Positions 60,188 to 64,000 of a DNA stretch of 64,000 nucleotides are shown here, piece after piece. The DNA lies in the NCBI GenBank assembly GCA_046765915.1, contig JBKPTH010000123.1, forward strand, positions 1,713 through 65,712, read 5' to 3'. The position numbers and the translations under genes were made by a program. Source of the stretch: Acidobacteriota bacterium. GTDB lineage: Bacteria > Acidobacteriota > Thermoanaerobaculia > Multivoradales > UBA5704. The notes under the pieces are model-generated. The model was given only the letters and a program-made list of their open reading frames with translations. It made no database searches and was not told where the DNA came from. Positions within the stretch are counted from its first letter, which is position 1, and every line of letters begins with the position of its first letter.

Positions 60188-62107
60188 TCAGGGCGCCGGC
60201 ACCAGGCGGATTCTCCGAACCCGGCTCTCCGGCGCCAGGAAAAGGGTGATCAGCACCTTCTCCCGGCGCGGCAAGGAAAACGGCCCGGCCGCCTTCTGGC
60301 CCGTCTGCAGCGCCGCCTTGCCGATCTCGCGGCCGTCCACCGAGCGGATGCGGATCTCGCCCGGCGCGAGGACGGTGCCGTCCAGCTCGATCCGGTACAC
60401 GCCCGGCGCGAAGCAGCCCTTGAACAGCGACCACTGGCCCGGAGCGAACCAGCGCACCGGCATCTTCGGGCCGCGCCGCATGCCGCCGTCCGGGATGAAG
60501 GCGAGATCCGACGAGAGGGTCCCGCCGGCCGTGCAGAGGACAGGATCGGGCTCGACGCGATACAGCTTGAGGGTCGGACCGAGCTGCCAGCGCCCGGGGC
60601 TCCACTCCCGCACCTGGGGAAACCCGCGGAAGAATTCCTGATAGTTGCCGGCGATACCGCGCTGGTGCTCCTTGGTCACGGCCGCCGCATCCTGAAACCG
60701 GTTGTAGGCGGCGCTGGCCAGGAGGAGATAGTCGTTCTGCGGATCGCGGATCTGGGCGGCGGTGAACCTGCCGGCAAAGCGGCTCTGCAGGACCGCGAAC
60801 TCTTCCGGCCGGAAGCTCGGAGTGTAGGACTCCTTGACGATCCGCACCCCGTGCGGCAGGTTGCCGCGGATCCATTCCCGCGCCTCGTCGCGCGTGCTCG
60901 GCCGGCTGAGGCTGATCCCCTGCTCCATCGTCCGCGCCACGGCCACGCCCACGGCGAGCACGACGAGGAGCGCCGTGACCGCGGTCCTCAGCAGTGGCCG
61001 CGGCAGGAACGAAGGGACCCGGACAAGGGCGGCCGCGACGCCGGCGCCCAGGAAGACGGCGAGGATCGGGATCGCAGGATAGAGATTGCGCCGCACCACC
61101 ATGTTCATCGAGCCGATCAGGGCCAGATAGAGAACCGGGAACGGCAGCAGCCAAAGAAACCGCGTCCTCTCCGGAGGCTTCAACAGGAACAGTCCGCCCA
61201 GCCCCAGAAGAACGGCCGGCCAGCCGCAGCTCTCCGCCAGGAGCTGCCCGTAGTAGAGGGCGTTGCTCCGCGGCATGACGCCGATCCAGCCGCCCTCGCC
61301 GTACTGGCGGACGCCGAAGAAGATGCCACGGCCGCCGAAGAACGCGAGGTCCGGAAACACCAGCAGGCTCGGCGTCGTGGCCACGAAGGCCGCGAGCGCC
61401 GCCAGACCGGCGATGACGAGCCCGGGCGAAACGTTGCGGCGCGCGATCCGCCAGCGCAGCCAGGCCGCGACGATCGCCACCGCCACGAGCCCCGCCGGAT
61501 ACTTGCTGCCGGCGGCGAGACCCGCCGCGAGGCCGGCCCGGACGTAGTCCTGCCAGCGTTCCTCGTCGATCAAGCGGGCGACGAACGCCAGACAGACCGT
61601 GGCGAAGAACGCCGACGGCACGTCGCACGTGTTCAGGTGCGAGCCTTCGTTGAACACCGGCGAGAAGATCACCAGGAGAGCCGCCAGGACGCCGGCCGTC
61701 GTGCCTCCCAACCGGCGGCCGAGGAAAAACGCGGGCACCGTGGTCAGCGCCGAGAGCACCGCCACGACGCCGCGCAGGAGAAGCCAGGAGACGGCGAGCG
61801 GCTCTTCGACGCCGAAGAGGCCCGCGGCCAGCGCGGCCACGGCCCTGGGAAAGAGCGACGCCAACCCCAGGGCCAGCGCGTCGAGGTAATAGAGCAGGTG
61901 AGGATAGACGAACGTGGGGCTGAAGAACCGGCCTGCGAGGATCTCGGTGGCGTGATGGTAATAGGTGCCTTCGTCCAGATAGTAGCGGCCCTCGACCTCA
62001 TGGCCGAGGCCGACGAGCCGCACGGCGAACGCCAGAACGAGCAGAACGAGCACCAACCTACGCGATTGCAAGGGATCCTTTCGGCTTAACGGACCCCAGA
62101 ATAGCAT
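60188..62107 (-). CDS. GT39/ArnT-PMT-like membrane glycosyltransferase
   Basis: About 12 hydrophobic segments. N-terminal loop YLDEGTYYHHA (DE motif region). Soluble C-terminal domain. Start ATG at 62107. Confidence 0.7.
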   Translation of the reverse strand: MLFWGPLSRKDPLQSRRLVLVLLVLAFAVRLVGLGHEVEGRYYLDEGTYYHHATEILAGRFFSPTFVYPHLLYYLDALALGLASLFPRAVAALAAGLFGVEEPLAVSWLLLRGVVAVLSALTTVPAFFLGRRLGGTTAGVLAALLVIFSPVFNEGSHLNTCDVPSAFFATVCLAFVARLIDEERWQDYVRAGLAAGLAAGSKYPAGLVAVAIVAAWLRWRIARRNVSPGLVIAGLAALAAFVATTPSLLVFPDLAFFGGRGIFFGVRQYGEGGWIGVMPRSNALYYGQLLAESCGWPAVLLGLGGLFLLKPPERTRFLWLLPFPVLYLALIGSMNMVVRRNLYPAIPILAVFLGAGVAAALVRVPSFLPRPLLRTAVTALLVVLAVGVAVARTMEQGISLSRPSTRDEAREWIRGNLPHGVRIVKESYTPSFRPEEFAVLQSRFAGRFTAAQIRDPQNDYLLLASAAYNRFQDAAAVTKEHQRGIAGNYQEFFRGFPQVREWSPGRWQLGPTLKLYRVEPDPVLCTAGGTLSSDLAFIPDGGMRRGPKMPVRWFAPGQWSLFKGCFAPGVYRIELDGTVLAPGEIRIRSVDGREIGKAALQTGQKAAGPFSLPRREKVLITLFLAPESRVRRIRLVPAP

Positions 62108-62222
62108 CGCCCATCCGATATCGACGACGTATCTGTAGGGGCGCCCCTGCGTGGGCGCCCTGGGTGGGAGCGGCCACATGGGACCGCCATGCTACGATCC
62201 CCCTTTCATTTCCGAGGAGACC

Positions 62223-63743
<1,521 letters not shown>

Positions 63744-63763
63744 GATACAGATCGCACCTCCGG

Positions 63764-63916
63764 CGCTGGCCCCTCACTCCCCCTTCCCCCTCTCTCCCGC
63801 CGCACGCCCTTCCCTCGGGAGAGAGGGGGTTTAAAAAAGCTAACTTTGATCAGTCTCCCTCCTCTCCCCGGGCGGGTGGGTGTGAGGTGGGAGAGGAGGG
63901 CCGGGGAGGTGAGGGG
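63764..63916. repeat. ~150-bp double-hairpin intergenic repeat element, copy 2
   Basis: cgctggcccctcactcccccttccccctctctccc ... gggagaggagggccggggaggtgagggg shared with 33450-33611. Confidence 0.85.
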
Positions 63917-64000
63917 CCGGGCGGGCGGCTCGCGCTGCTCATCGCTATCCTTGCCCTCGTTCTGGCAGCCGCCCCAACCCTCGCCGAGACCATCGCCATC
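63887..64000 (+). CDS. 5' end of a secreted protein (continues beyond window); start uncertain
   Basis: The frame is open to the window end and encodes the signal-like sequence RLALLIAILALVLAAAPTLAETIAI. In-frame GTG at 63887 inside the repeat, or ATG 63740 overlapping the previous stop. Confidence 0.3.
   Translation, partial: MGEEGRGGEGPGGRLALLIAILALVLAAAPTLAETIAI

Noticed and set aside
58316-62089. Very long ORFs such as 58316..62089 (+, 1257 aa), 22194..24146 (-), 27825..29279 (-), 50316..52772 (-), 33577..35403 (+), 31809..33023 (-) and 25739..27094 (-)
   Set aside because: They lie antisense to, or out of frame with, genes that have clear family motifs. Their translations are Arg/Pro/Gly/Ala-rich low-complexity sequence, as expected for shadow ORFs in high-GC DNA.

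Overview
64-kb window from a high-GC bacterium. The gene content (OmpR-type winged-helix/TPR regulator, FG-GAP/VCBS proteins, S46/M56/M6 peptidases, GT39) is reminiscent of an Acidobacteriota-like soil organism, but taxonomy cannot be verified without a search. The window has two parts. (1) About 1-25.7 kb is a mosaic integrated mobile-element region. It carries two large serine recombinases (4048-5808, 24196-25899), a CHC2/Toprim primase, two divergent RuvC-like paralogs, a replication-relaxation protein, two paralogous VirD4/HerA-type P-loop ATPases and an XRE/sigma-like regulatory cassette. Embedded in it are visibly AT-richer cargo islands: a three-gene TPR-CHAT (caspase-like) operon (6463-10024), a secreted-protein island (13.0-14.3 kb) and a three-gene PvcA/Dit1-like isonitrile-synthase cluster (16938-20100). 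(2) About 25.75-64 kb is ordinary chromosome: S46 dipeptidyl-peptidase, winged-helix/TPR regulator, ppa, FG-GAP proteins, BlaI/BlaR1-like pair, M6 protease, AhpD-like protein, aldo-keto reductase, GH1 beta-glucosidase, a metallopeptidase/beta-propeller/Omp85 fusion, halogenase-like flavoprotein, RNase E/G, fused E1 alpha/beta dehydrogenase, GT39 and an amidohydrolase. This stretch is interrupted at 36.2-40.6 kb by a small defence-type islet: a Uma2 nuclease, an Mrr cassette sitting between two toxin-antitoxin loci whose toxins are truncated, and a pYEATS protein with small membrane proteins. The notable non-coding signals are: a 170-nt cluster of three perfect 14/16/20-bp complementary pairs upstream of the ATPase/relaxation operon; a 14-unit 21-bp tandem array; a ~150-bp double-hairpin repeat present twice; and phased AAGGAC hexamer arrays upstream of two genes. 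There is also an in-frame TAG inside conserved coding sequence of the larger ATPase. All functional calls come from motif recognition by eye, because no database search was possible. Many long ORFs in the track are antisense or out-of-frame shadows of real genes caused by high GC and were not annotated.
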